From Eledone cirrhosa (taxonomy: Eukaryota), in NCBI GenBank assembly GCA_964016885.1, contig OZ024763.1, forward strand, positions 23,188,001-23,252,000: 64,000 nucleotides of DNA, read 5' to 3'. Shown in pieces: positions 1 through 15,000 of this stretch. The translations under genes and the position numbers were made by a program. The stretch's first letter is position 1, and the number at the start of each line of letters is the position of its first letter. The notes below the pieces were generated by a model, which was not told where the DNA came from, did not search any database, and saw only the letters and a program-made list of their open reading frames with translations.

Positions 1-3000
1 CATAACCCTATCAGTGAAGCCCTTTAGTATAGGTTAACTTGGAAATTATAACACACATAACCCTATCAGTGAAGCCCTTCACTATAGGTCAACTGGGAAA
101 TTATAACATACATAACCCTATCAGAAAAACCCTTTAGTATAGGTCAACTGGGAAATTTATAACACATAACCCTATCAGTGAAGCCCTTTAGTATAGGTCA
201 ACTGGGAAATTATAACATACATAACCCTATCAGTAAAGCCCTTTAGTATAGGTCAACTGGGAAATTATAACACATAACCCTATCAGTGAAGCCCTTTAGT
301 ATAGGTCAACTGGGAAATTATAACACACATAACCCTATCAGTAAAGCCCTTTAGTATAGGTCAACTGGGAAATTATAACATACTAACCCCATCAGTGAAG
401 CCCTTTAGTATAGGTCAACTGGGAAATTATAACACATAACCCTATCAGTGAAGCCCTTTAGTATAGGTCAACTGGGAAATTATAACACACATAACCCTAT
501 CAGTGAAGCCCTTTAGTATAGGTCAACTGGGAAATTATAACACACATAACCCTATCAGTGAAGCCCTTTAGTATAGGTGAACTGGGAAATTATAACACAT
601 AACCCTATCAGTGAAGCCCTTTAGTATAGGTCAACTGGGAAATTATAACACACATAACCTCATCAGTAAAGCCCTTTAGTATAGGTCAACTGGGAAATTA
701 TAACACACATAACCCTATCAGTGAAGCCCTTTAATATAGGTCAACTGGGAAATTATAACACACATAACCCTATCAGAAAAACCCTTTAGTATAGGTCAAC
801 TGGGAAATTTATAACACATAACCCTATCAGTGAAGCCCTTTAGTATAGGTCAACTGGGAAATTATAACATACATAACCCTATCAGTAAAGCCCTTTAGTA
901 TAGGTCAACTGGGAAATTATAACACATAACCCTATCAGTGAAGCCCTTTAGTATAGGTCAACTGGGAAATTATAACACACATAACCCTATCAGTAAAGCC
1001 CTTTAGTATAGGTCAACTGGGAAATTATAACATACTAACCCCATCAGTGAAGCCCTTTAGTATAGGTCAACTGGGAAATTATAACACATAACCCTATCAG
1101 TGAAGCCCTTTAGTATAGGTCAACTGGGAAATTATAACACACATAACCCTATCAGTGAAGCCCTTTAGTATAGGTCAACTGGGAAATTATAACACACATA
1201 ACCCCATCAGTGAAGCCCTTCAGTATAGGTCAACTGGGAAATTATAACACACATAACCCCATCAGTGAAGCCCTTTAGTATAGGTCAACTGGGAAATTAT
1301 AACATACTAACCCCATCAGTGAAGCCCTTTAGTATAGGTGAACTGGGAAATTATAACATACTAACCCCATCAGTGAAGCCCTTTAGTATAGGTCAACTGG
1401 GAAATTATAACATACATAACCCTATCAGTGAAGCCCTTTAGTATAGGTCAACTGGGAAATTATAACACACATAATCCCATCAGTGAAGCCCTTTAGTATA
1501 GGTCAACTGGGAAATTATAACATACATAACCCCATCAGTGAAGCCCTTTAGTATAGGTCAACTGGGAAATTATAACACACATAACCCTATCAGTGAAGCC
1601 CTTTAGTATAGGTGAACTGGGAAATTATAACATACTAACCCCATCAGTGAAGCCCTTTAGTATAGGTCAACTGGGAAATTATAACATACATAACCCTATC
1701 AGTGAAGCCCTTTAGTATAGGTCAACTAGGAAATTATAACACACATAACCCCATCAGTGAAGCCCTTCAGTATAGGTCAACTGGGAATTTATAACACACA
1801 TAACCCCATCAGTGAAGCCCTTTAGTATAGGTGAACTGGGAAATTATAACATACTTAACCCTATCAGTGAAGCCCTTTAGTATAGGTTAACTTGGAAATT
1901 ATAACACACATAACCCTATCAGTGAAGCTCTTTAGTATAGGTCAAATGGGAAATTATAACACACATAACCCCGTCAGTGAAGCCCTTTAGTATAGGTCAA
2001 CTGCGAAATTATAACATACTAACCCCATCAGTGAAGCCCTTTAGTATAGGTCAACTGGGAAATTATAACATACATAACCCTATCAGTAAAGCCCTTTAGT
2101 ATATGTCAACTGGGAAATTATAACGTACATAACCGTATCAGTAAAGCCCTTTAGTATAGGTCAACTGGGAAATTATAACATACATAACCCTATCAGTGAA
2201 GCCCTTTAGTATAGGTTAACTTGGAAATTATAACACACATAACCCTATCAGTGAAGCCCTTTAGTATAGGTCAACTGGGAAATTATGACATACATAACCC
2301 TATCAGTGAAGCCCTTTAGTATAGGTCAACTGGGAAATTATAACACACATAACCCTATCAGTAAAGCCCTTTAGTATAGGTCAACTGGGAAATTATAACA
2401 CACATAACCCCATCAGTGAAGCCCTTTAGTATAGGTCAACTGGGAAATTATAACACACATAACCCTATCAGTGAAGCCCTTTAGTATAGGTCAACTGGGA
2501 AATTATAACACACATAACCCCATCAGTGAAGCCCTTTAGTATAGGTCAACTGGGAAATTATAACATACATAACACTATCAGTAAAGCCCTTTAGTATAGG
2601 TCAACTGGGAAATTATAAAACATAACCCTATCAGTGAAGCCCTTTAGTATAGGTCAACTGGGAAATTATAACACACATAACCCTATCAGTAAAGCCCTTT
2701 AGTATAGGTCAACTGGGAAATTATAACATACATAACCCTATCAGTAAAGCCCTTTAGTATATGTCAACTGGGAAATTATAACGTACATAACCGTATCAGT
2801 AAAGCCCTTTAGTATAGGTCAACTGGGAAATTATAACACATAACCCCATCAGTGAAGCCCTTTAGTATAGGTCAACTGGGAAATTATAACATACATAACC
2901 CTATCAGTAAAGCCCTTTAGTATAGGTCAACTGGGAAATTATAACACATGACCCTATCAGTGAAGCCCTTTAGTATAGGTCAACTGGGAAATTATAACAC

Positions 3001-6000
3001 ACATAACCCTATCAGTAAAGCCCTTTAGTATAGGTCAACTAGGAAATTATAACACACATAACCCCATCAGTGAAGCCTTTCAGTATAGGTCAACTGGGAA
3101 ATTATAACACACATAACCCCTTCAGTGAAGCCCTTTAGTATAGGTCAACTGGAAATTATGACATACATAACCCTATCAGTGAAGCCCTTTAGTATAGGTC
3201 AACTGGGAAATTATAACACACATAACCCTATCAGTGAAGCCCTTTAGTATAGGTCAACTGGGAAATTATAACACACATAACCCTATCAGTGAAGCCCTTT
3301 AGTATAGGTCAACTGGGAAATTATGACATACATAACCCTATCAGTGAAGCCCTTTAGTATAGGTCAACTGGGAAATTATAACACACGTAACCCAATCAGT
3401 GAAGCCCTTTAGTATAGGTCAACTGGGAAATTATAACACACATAACCCCATCAGTGAAACCCTTTAGTATAGGTCAACTGGGAAATTATAACACACATAA
3501 CCCCATCAGTGAAGCCCTTTAGTATAGGTCAACTGGGAAATTATAACACACATAACCCCATCAGTGAAGCCCTTTAGTATAGGTCAACTGGGAAATTATA
3601 ACACACATAACCCCATCAGTGAAGCCCTTTAGTATAGGTCAACTGGGAAATTATAACATACATAACCCCATCAGTGAAGCCCTTTAGTATAGGTCAACTG
3701 GGAAATTATAACATACATAACCCCATCAGTGAAGCCCTTTAGTATAGGTCAACTGGGAAATTATAACATACATAACCCCATCAGTGAAGCCCTTTAGTAT
3801 AGGTCAACTGGGAAATTATAACACACATAACCCTATCAGTGAAGCCCTTTAGTATAGGTGAACTGGGAAATTATAACATACCAACCCCATCAGTGAAGCC
3901 CTTTAGTATAGGTGAACTGGGAAATTATAACATACGTAACCCTATCAGTGAAGCCCTTTAGTATAGGTGAACTGGGAAATTATAACACACATAACCCCAT
4001 CAGTGAAGCCCTTTAGTATAGGTCAACTGGGAAATTATAACACACATAACCCCATCAGTGAAGCCCTTTAGTATAGGTGAACTGGGAAATTATAACATAC
4101 ATAACCCTATCAGTGAAGCCCTTTAGTATAGGTCAACTGGGAAATTATAACACACATAACCCTATCAGTAAAGCCCTTTAGTATAGGTCAACTGGGAAAT
4201 TATAACACATGACCCTATCAGTGAAGCCCTTTAGTATAGGTCAACTGGGAAATTATAACACACATAACCCTATCAGTAAAGCCCTTTAGTATAGGTCAAC
4301 TAGGAAATTATAACACACATAACCCCATCAGTGAAGCCCTTCAGTATAGGTCAACTGGGAAATTATAACACACATAACCCCATCAGTGAAGCCCTTTAGT
4401 ATAGGTGAACTGGAAAATTATAACACACATAACCCCATCAGTGAAGCCCTTTAGTATAGGTCAACTGGGAAATTATAACACACATAACCCCATCAGTGAA
4501 GCCCTTTAGTATAGGTCAACTGGGAAATTATAAAACACATAACCCCATCAGTGAAGCCCTTTAGTATAGGTCAACTGGGAAATTATAACATACATAACCC
4601 CATCAGTGAAGCCCTTTAGTATAGGTCAACTGGGAAATTATAACATACATAACCCCATCAGTGAAGCCCTTTAGTATAGGTCAACTGGGAAATTATAACA
4701 CACATAACCCCATCAGTGAAGCCCTTTAGTATAGGTCAACTGGGAAAGTATAACATACATAACCCCATCAGTGAAGCCCTTTAGTATAGGTCAACTGGGA
4801 AATTATAACACACATAACCCTATCAGTGAAGCCCTTTAGTATAGGTCAACTGGGAAATTATAACATACATAACCCTATCAGTGAAGCCCTTTAGTATAGG
4901 TTAACTTGGAAATTATAACACACATAACCCCATCAGTGAAGCCCTTTAGTATAGGTCAACTGCGAAATTATAACACACATAACCCTATCAGTGAAGCCCT
5001 TTAGTATAGGTCAACTGGGAAATTATAACATACTAACCCCATCAGTGAAGCCCTTTAGTATAGGTCAACTGGGAAATTATAACATACTTAACCCTATCAG
5101 TAAAGCCCTTTAGTATATGTCATCTGGGAAATTATAACGTACATAACCGTATCAGTAAAGCCCTTTAGTATAGGTCAACTGGGAAATTATAATACATAAC
5201 CCTATCAGTGAAGCCCTTTAGTATAGGTCAACTGGGAAATTATAACACACATAACTCTATCAGTGAAGCCCTTTAGTATAGGTCAACTGGGAAATTATAA
5301 CACATATAACCCTATCAGTGAAGCCCTTCAGTATAGGTCAACTGGGAAATTATAACACACATAACCCTATCAGTGAAGCCCTTTAATATAGGTCAACTGG
5401 GAAATTATAACACACATAACCCTATCAGTGAAGCCCTTTAATATAGGTCAACTGGGAAATTATAACACACATAACCCTATCAGAAAAGCCCTTTAGTATA
5501 GGTCAACTGGGAAATTATAACACATAACCCTATCAGTGAAGCCCTTTAGTATAGGTCAACTGGGAAATTATAACACACATAACCCTATCAGTGAAGCCCT
5601 TTAGTATAGGTCAACTGGGAAATTATAACATACATAACACTATCAGTAAAGCCCTTTAGTATAGGTCAACTGGGAAATTATAACACATAACCCTATCAGT
5701 GAAGCCCTTTAGTATAGGTGAACTGGGAAATTATAACACACATAACCCTATCAGTAAAGCCCTTTAGTATAGGTCAACTAGGAAATTATAACACACATAA
5801 CCCCATCAGTAAAGCCCTTCAGTATAGGTCAACTGGGAAATTATAACACACATAACCCCATCAGTGAAGCCCTTTAGTATAGGTGAACTGGGAAATTATA
5901 ACATACATAACCCTATCAGTGAAGCCCTTTAGTATAGGTTAACTTGGAAATTATAACACACATAACCCTATCAGTGAAGCTCTTTAGTATAGGTCAAATG

Positions 6001-9000
6001 GGAAATTATAACACACATAACCCCATCAGTGAAGCCCTTTAGTATAGGTCAACTGCGAAATTATAACACACATAACCCTATCAGTGAAGCCCTTTAGTAT
6101 AGGTGAACTGGGAAATTATAACATACTAACCCCATCAGTGAAGCCCTTTAGTATAGGTCAACTCGGAAATTATAACATACATAACCCTATCAGTAAAGCC
6201 CTTTAGTATATGTCAACTGGGAAATTATAACGTACATAACCGTATCAGTAAAGCCCTTTAGTATAGGTCAACTGGGAAATTATAACACATAACCCTATCA
6301 GCGAAGCCCTTTAGTATAGGTCAACTGGGAAATTATAACATACATAACCCCATCAGTGAAGCCCTTTAGTATAGGTCAACTGGGAAATTATAACACACAT
6401 AACCCCATCAGTGAAGCCCTTTAGTATAGGTCAACTGGGAAATTATAACATACATAACCCTATCAGTGAAGCCCTTTAGTATAGGTCAACTGGGAAATTA
6501 TAACATACATAACCCTATCAGTGAAGCCCTTTAGTATAGGTCAACTGGGAAATTATAACACACATAACCCCATCAGTGAAGCCCTTTAGTATAGGTCAAC
6601 TGGGAAATTATAACACACATAACCCTATCAGTGAAGCCCTTTAGTATAGGTCAACTTGGAAAATTATAACACACACAACCCCATCAGTGAAGCCCTTTAG
6701 TATAGGTGAACTGGGAAATTATAACACATAACCCTATCAGTGAAGCCCTTTAGTATAGGTCAACTGGGAAATTATAACACACATAACCCTATCAGTGAAG
6801 CCCTTTAGTATAGGTGAACTGGAAAATTATAACACATAACCCTATCAGTGAAGCCCTTTAGTATAGGTCAACTGGGAAATTATAACACACATAACCCCAT
6901 CAGTAAATCCCTTTAGTATAGGTCAACTGGGAAATTATAACACACATAACCCTATCAGTGAAGCCCTTTAGTATAGGTGAACTGGGAAATTATAACACAT
7001 AACCCTATCAGTGAAGCCCTTTAGTATAGGTCAACTGGGAAATTATAACACACATAACCTCATCAGTAAAGCCCTTTAGTATAGGTCAACTGGGAAATTA
7101 TAACATACATAACCCTATCAGTAAAGCCCTTTAGTATATGTCAACTGGGAAATTATAACGTACATAACCGTATCAGTAAAGCCCTTTAGTATAGGTCAAC
7201 TGGGAAATTATAACACATAACCCCATCAGTGAAGCCCTTTAGTATAGGTCAACTGGGAAATTATAACATACATAACCCTATCAGTAAAGCCCTTTAGTAT
7301 AGGTCAACTGGGAAATTATAACACATGACCCTATCAGTGAAGCCCTTTAGTATAGGTCAACTGGGAAATTATAACACACATAACCCTATCAGTAAAGCCC
7401 TTTAGTATAGGTCAACTAGGAAATTATAACACACATAACCCCATCAGTGAAGCCTTTCAGTATAGGTCAACTGGGAAATTATAACACACATAACCCCTTC
7501 AGTGAAGCCCTTTAGTATAGGTCAACTGGAAATTATGACACACATAACCCTATCAGTGAAGCCCTTTAGTATAGGTCAACTGGGAAATTATGACATACAT
7601 AACCCTATCAGTGAAGCCCTTTAGTATAGGTCAACTGGGAAATTATAACACACGTAACCCAATCAGTGAAGCCCTTTAGTATAGGTCAACTGGGAAATTA
7701 TAACACACATAACCCCATCAGTGAAACCCTTTAGTATAGGTCAACTGGGAAATTATAACACACATAACCCCATCAGTGAAGCCCTTTAGTATAGGTCAAC
7801 TGGGAAATTATAACACACATAACCCCATCAGTGAAGCCCTTTAGTATAGGTCAACTGGGAAATTATAACACACATAACCCCATCAGTGAAGCCCTTTAGT
7901 ATAGGTCAACTGGGAAATTATAACATACATAACCCCATCAATGAAGCCCTTTAGTATAGGTCAACTGGGAAATTATAACACATAACCCCATCAGTGAAGC
8001 CCTTTAGTATAGGTCAACTGGGAAATTATAACATACATAACCCCATCAGTGAAGCCCTTTAGTATAGGTCAACTGGGAAATTATAACACACATAACCCTA
8101 TCAGTGAAGCCCTTTAGTATAGGTGAACTGGGAAATTATAACATACCAACCCCATCAGTGAAGCCCTTTAGTATAGGTGAACTGGGAAATTATAACATAC
8201 GTAACCCTATCAGTGAAGCCCTTTAGTATAGGTGAACTGGGAAATTATAACACACATAACCCCATCAGTGAAGCCCTTTAGTATAGGTCAACTGGGAAAT
8301 TATAACATACATAACCCCATCAGTGAAGCCCTTTAGTATAGGTCAACTGAGAAATTATAACATACATAACCCTATCAGTGAAGCCCTTTAGTATAGGTCA
8401 ACTGGGAAATTATAACACACATAACCCTATCAGTAAAGCCCTTTAGTATAGGTCAACTGGGAAATTATAACACATGACCCTATCAGTGAAGCCCTTTAGT
8501 ATAGGTCAACTGGGAAATTATAACACACATAACCCTATCAGTAAAGCCCTTAAGTATAGGTCAACTAGGAAATTATAACACACATAACCCCATCAGTGAA
8601 GCCCTTCAGTATAGGTCAACTGGGAAATTATAACACACATAACCCCATCAGTGAAGCCCTTTAGTATAGGTGAACTGGAAAATTATAACACACATAACCC
8701 CATCAGTGAAGCCCTTTAGTATAGGTCAACTGGGAAATTATAACACACATAACCCCATCAGTGAAGCCCTTTAGTATAGGTCAACTGGGAAATTATAAAA
8801 CACATAACCCCATCAGTGAAGCCCTTTAGTATAGGTCAACTGGGAAATTATAACATACATAACCCCATCAGTGAAGCCCTTTAGTATAGGTCAACTGGGA
8901 AATTATAACATACATAACCCCATCAGTGAAGCCCTTTAGTATAGGTCAACTGGGAAATTATAACACACATAACCCCATCAGTGAAGCCCTTTAGTATAGG

Positions 9001-12000
9001 TCAACTGGGAAAGTATAACATACATAACCCCATCAGTGAAGCCCTTTAGTATAGGTCAACTGGGAAATTATAACACACATAACCCTATCAGTGAAGCCCT
9101 TTAGTATAGGTCAACTGGGAAATTATAACATACATAACCCTATCAGTGAAGCCCTTTAGTATAGGTTAACTTGGAAATTATAACACACATAACCCTATCA
9201 GTGAAGCCCTTTAGTATAGGTCAACTGGGAAATTATAACACACATAACCCCATCAGTGAAGCCCTTTAGTATAGGTCAACTGCGAAATTATAACACACAT
9301 AACCCTATCAGTGAAGCCCTTTAGTATAGGTCAACTGGGAAATTATAACATACTAACCCCATCAGTGAAGCCCTTTAGTATAGGTCAACTGGGAAATTAT
9401 AACATACTTAACCCTATCAGTAAAGCCCTTTAGTATATGTCATCTGGGAAATTATAACGTACATAACCGTATCAGTAAAGCCCTTTAGTATAGGTCAACT
9501 GGGAAATTATAACACATAACCCTATCAGTGAAGCCCTTTAGTATAGGTCAACTGGGAAATTATAACACACATAACCCTATCAGTGAAGCCCTTTAGTATA
9601 GGTCAACTGGGAAATTATAACACATATAAACCTATCAGTGAAGCCCTTCAGTATAGGTCAACTGGGAAATTATAACACACATAACCCTATCAGTGAAGCC
9701 CTTTAATATAGGTCAACTGGGAAATTATAACACACATAACCCTATCAGTGAAGCCCTTTAATATAGGTCAACTGGGAAATTATAACACACATAACCCTAT
9801 CAGTGAAGCCCTTTAGTATAGGTCAACTGGGAAATTATAACACACATAACCCCATCAGTGAAGCCCTTTAGTATAGGTCAACTGGGAAATTATAACACAT
9901 AACCCTATCAGTGAAGCCCTTTAGTATAGGTCAACTGGGAAATTATAACACACATAACCCTATCAGTGAAGCCCTTTAGTATAGGTCAACTGGGAAATTA
10001 TAACATACATAACACTATCAGTAAAGCCCTTTAGTATAGGTCAACTGGGAAATTATAACACACATAACCCTATCAGTAAAGCCCTTTAGTATAGGTCAAC
10101 TAGGAAATTATAACACACATAACCCCATCAGTAAAGCCCTTCAGTATAGGTCAACTGGGAAATTATAACACACATAACCCCATCAGTGAAGCCCTTTAGT
10201 ATAGGTGAACTGGGAAATTATAACATACATAACCCTATCAGTGAAGCCCTTTAGTATAGGTTAACTTGGAAATTATAACACACATAACCCTATCAGTGAA
10301 GCTCTTTAGTATAGGTCAAATGGGAAATTATAACACACATAACCCCATCAGTGAAGCCCTTTAGTATAGGTCAACTGCGAAATTATAACACACATAACCC
10401 TATCAGTGAAGCCCTTTAGTATAGGTGAACTGGGAAATTATAACGTACTAACCCCATCAGTGAAGCCCTTTAGTATAGGTCAACTGGGAAATTATAACAT
10501 ACATAACCCTATCAGTAAAGCCCTTTAGTATATGTCAACTGGGAAATTATAACGTACATAACCGTATCAGTAAAGCCCTTTAGTATAGGTCAACTGGGAA
10601 ATTATAACACATAACCCTATCAGCGAAGCCCTTTAGTATAGGTCAACTGGGAAATTATAACATACATAACCCCATCAGTGAAGCCCTTTAGTATAGGTCA
10701 ACTGGGAAATTATAACACACATAACCCCATCAGTGAAGCCCTTTAGTATAGGTCAACTGGGAAATTATAACATACATAACCCTATCAGTGAAGCCCTTTA
10801 GTATAGGTCAACTGGGAAATTACAACACACATAACCCCATCAGTGAAGCCCTTTAGTATAGGTCAACTGGGAAATTATAACACACATAATCCCATCAGTG
10901 AAGCCCTTTAGAATAGGTCAACTGGGAAATTATAACATACATAACCCCATCAGTGAAGCCCTTTAGTATAGGTCAACTGGGAAATTATGACATACATAAC
11001 CCTATCAGTGAAGCCCTTTAGTATAGGTCAACTGGGAAATTATAACATACATAACCCTATCAGTGAAGCCCTTTAGTATAGGTCAACTGGGAAATTATAA
11101 CACACATAACCCCATCAGTGAAGCCCTTTAGTATAGGTCAACTGGGAAATTATATCACATAACCCTATCAGTGAAGCCCTTTAGTATAGGTCAACTGGGA
11201 AATTATAACACACATAACCCTATCAGTGAAGCCCTTTAGTATAGGTGAACTGGGAAATTATAACACATAACCCTATCAGTGAAGCCCTTTAGTATAGGTC
11301 AACTGGGAAATTATAACACACATAACCCCATCAGTAAATCCCTTTAGTATAGGTCAACTGGGAAATTATAACACACATAACCCTATCAGTGAAGCCCTTT
11401 AGTATAGGTCAACTGGGAAATTATAACACACATAACCCTATCAGTGAAGCCCTTTAGTATAGGTGAACTGGGAAATTATAACACATAACCCTATCAGTGA
11501 AGCCCTTTAATATAGGTCAACTGGGAAATTATAACACACATAACCTCATCAGTAAAGCCCTTTAGTATAGGTCAACTGGGAAATTATAACACACATAACC
11601 CTATCAGTGAAGCCCTTTAATATAGGTCAACTGGGAAATTATAACACACATAACCCTATCAGAAAAACCCTTTAGTATAGGTCAACTGGGAAATTTATAA
11701 CACATAACCCTATCAGTGAAGCCCTTTAGTATAGGTCAACTGGGAAATTATAACATACATAACCCTATCAGTAAAGCCCTTTAGTATAGGTCAACTGGGA
11801 AATTATAACACATAACCCTATCAGTGAAGCCCTTTAGTATAGGTCAACTGGGAAATTATAACACACATAACCCTATCAGTAAAGCCCTTTAGTATAGGTC
11901 AACTGGGAAATTATAACATACTAACCCCATCAGTGAAGCCCTTTAGTATAGGTCAACTGGGAAATTATAACACATAACCCTATCAGTGAAGCCCTTTAGT

Positions 12001-15000
12001 ATAGGTCAACTGGGAAATTATAACACACATAACCCTATCAGTGAAGCCCTTTAGTATAGGTCAACTGGGAAATTATAACACACATAACCCCATCAGTGAA
12101 GCCCTTCAGTATAGGTCAACTGGGAAATTATAACACACATAACCCCATCAGTGAAGCCCTTTAGTATAGGTCAACTGGGAAATTATAACATACTAACCCC
12201 ATCAGTGAAGCCCTTTAGTATAGGTGAACTGGGAAATTATAAAATACTAACCCCATCAGTGAAGCCCTTTAGTATAGGTCAACTGGGAAATTATAACATA
12301 CATAACCCTATCAGTGAAGCCCTTTAGTATAGGTCAACTGGGAAATTACAACACACATAACCCCATCAGTGAAGCCCTTTAGTATAGGTCAACTGGGAAA
12401 TTATAACACACATAATCCCATCAGTGAAGCCCTTTAGTATAGGTCAACTGGGAAATTATAACATACATAACCCCATCAGTGAAGCCCTTTAGTATAGGTC
12501 AACTGGGAAATTATAACACACATAACCCTATCAGTGAAGCCCTTTAGTATAGGTGAACTGGGAAATTATAACATACTAACCCCATCAGTGAAGCCCTTTA
12601 GTATAGGTCAACTGGGAAATTATAACATACATAACCCTATCAGTAAAGCCGTTTAGTATAGGTGAACTGAGAAATTATAACACACATAACCCCATCAGTG
12701 AAGCCCTTTAGTATAGGTCAACTGGGAAATTATAACACACATAACCCCATCAGTGAAGCCCTTTAGTATAGGTGAACTGGGAAATTATAACACACATAAC
12801 CCCATCAGTGAAGCCCTTTAGTATAGGTCAACTGGGAAATTATAACATACATAACCCTATCAGTAAAGCCATTTAGTATAGGTCAACTGGGAAATTATAA
12901 CATACATAACCCCATCAGTGAAGCCCTTTAGTATAGGTGAACTGGGAAATTATAACATACATAACCCTATCAGTGAAGCCCTTTAGTATAGGTCAACTGG
13001 GAAATTATAACACACATAACCCTATCAGTAAAGCCCTTTAGTATAGGTCAACTGGGAAATTATAACACATGACCCTATCAGTGAAGCCCTTTAGTATAGG
13101 TCAACTGGGAAATTATAACACACATAACCCTATCAGTAAAGTCCTTTAGTATAGGTCAACTAGGAAATTATAACACACATAACCCCATCAGTGAAGCCCT
13201 TCAGTATAGGTCAACTGGGAAATTATAACACACATAACCCCATCAGTGAAGCCCTTTAGTATAGGTGAACTGGAAAATTATAACACACATAACCCCATCA
13301 GTGAAGCCCTTTAGTATAGGTGAACTGGGAAATTCTAACACACATAACCCCATCAGTGAAGCCCTTTAGTATAGGTCAACTGGGAAATTATAACACACAT
13401 AACCCTATCAGTGAAGCCCTTTAGTATAGGTCAACTGGGAAATTATAACATACATAACCCTATCAGTGAAGCCCTTTAGTATAGGTTAACTTGGAAATTA
13501 TAACACACATAACCCTATCAGTGAAGCCCTTCAGTATAGGTCAACTGGGAAATTATAACATACATAACCCTATCAGAAAAACCCTTTAGTATAGGTCAAC
13601 TGGGAAATTTATAACACATAACCCTATCAGTGAAGCCCTTTAGTATAGGTCAACTGGGAAATTATAACATACATAACCCTATCAGTAAAGCCCTTTAGTA
13701 TAGGTCAACTGGGAAATTATAACACATAACCCTATCAGTGAAGCCCTTTAGTATAGGTCAACTGGGAAATTATAACACACATAACCCTATCAGTAAAGCC
13801 CTTTAGTATAGGTCAACTGGGAAATTATAACATACTAACCCCATCAGTGAAGCCCTTTAGTATAGGTCAACTGGGAAATTATAACACATAACCCTATCAG
13901 TGAAGCCCTTTAGTATAGGTCAACTGGGAAATTATAACACACATAACCCTATCAGTGAAGCCCTTTAGTATAGGTCAACTGGGAAATTATAACACACATA
14001 ACCCTATCAGTGAAGCCCTTTAGTATAGGTGAACTGGGAAATTATAACACATAACCCTATCAGTGAAGCCCTTTAGTATAGGTCAACTGGGAAATTATAA
14101 CACACATAACCTCATCAGTAAAGCCCTTTAGTATAGGTCAACTGGGAAATTATAACACACATAACCCTATCAGTGAAGCCCTTTAATATAGGTCAACTGG
14201 GAAATTATAACACACATAACCCTATCAGAAAAACCCTTTAGTATAGGTCAACTGGGAAATTTATAACACATAACCCTATCAGTGAAGCCCTTTAGTATAG
14301 GTCAACTGGGAAATTATAACATACATAACCCTATCAGTAAAGCCCTTTAGTATAGGTCAACTGGGAAATTATAACACATAACCCTATCAGTGAAGCCCTT
14401 TAGTATAGGTCAACTGGGAAATTATAACACACATAACCCTATCAGTAAAGCCCTTTAGTATAGGTCAACTGGGAAATTATAACATACTAACCCCATCAGT
14501 GAAGCCCTTTAGTATAGGTCAACTGGGAAATTATAACACATAACCCTATCAGTGAAGCCCTTTAGTATAGGTCAACTGGGAAATTATAACACACATAACC
14601 CTATCAGTGAAGCCCTTTAGTATAGGTCAACTGGGAAATTATAACACACATAACCCCATCAGTGAAGCCCTTCAGTATAGGTCAACTGGGAAATTATAAC
14701 ACACATAACCCCATCAGTGAAGCCCTTTAGTATAGGTCAACTGGGAAATTATAACATACTAACCCCATCAGTGAAGCCCTTTAGTATAGGTGAACTGGGA
14801 AATTATAACATACTAACCCCATCAGTGAAGCCCTTTAGTATAGGTCAACTGGGAAATTATAACATACATAACCCTATCAGTGAAGCCCTTTAGTATAGGT
14901 CAACTGGGAAATTATAACACACATAATCCCATCAGTGAAGCCCTTTAGTATAGGTCAACTGGGAAATTATAACATACATAACCCCATCAGTGAAGCCCTT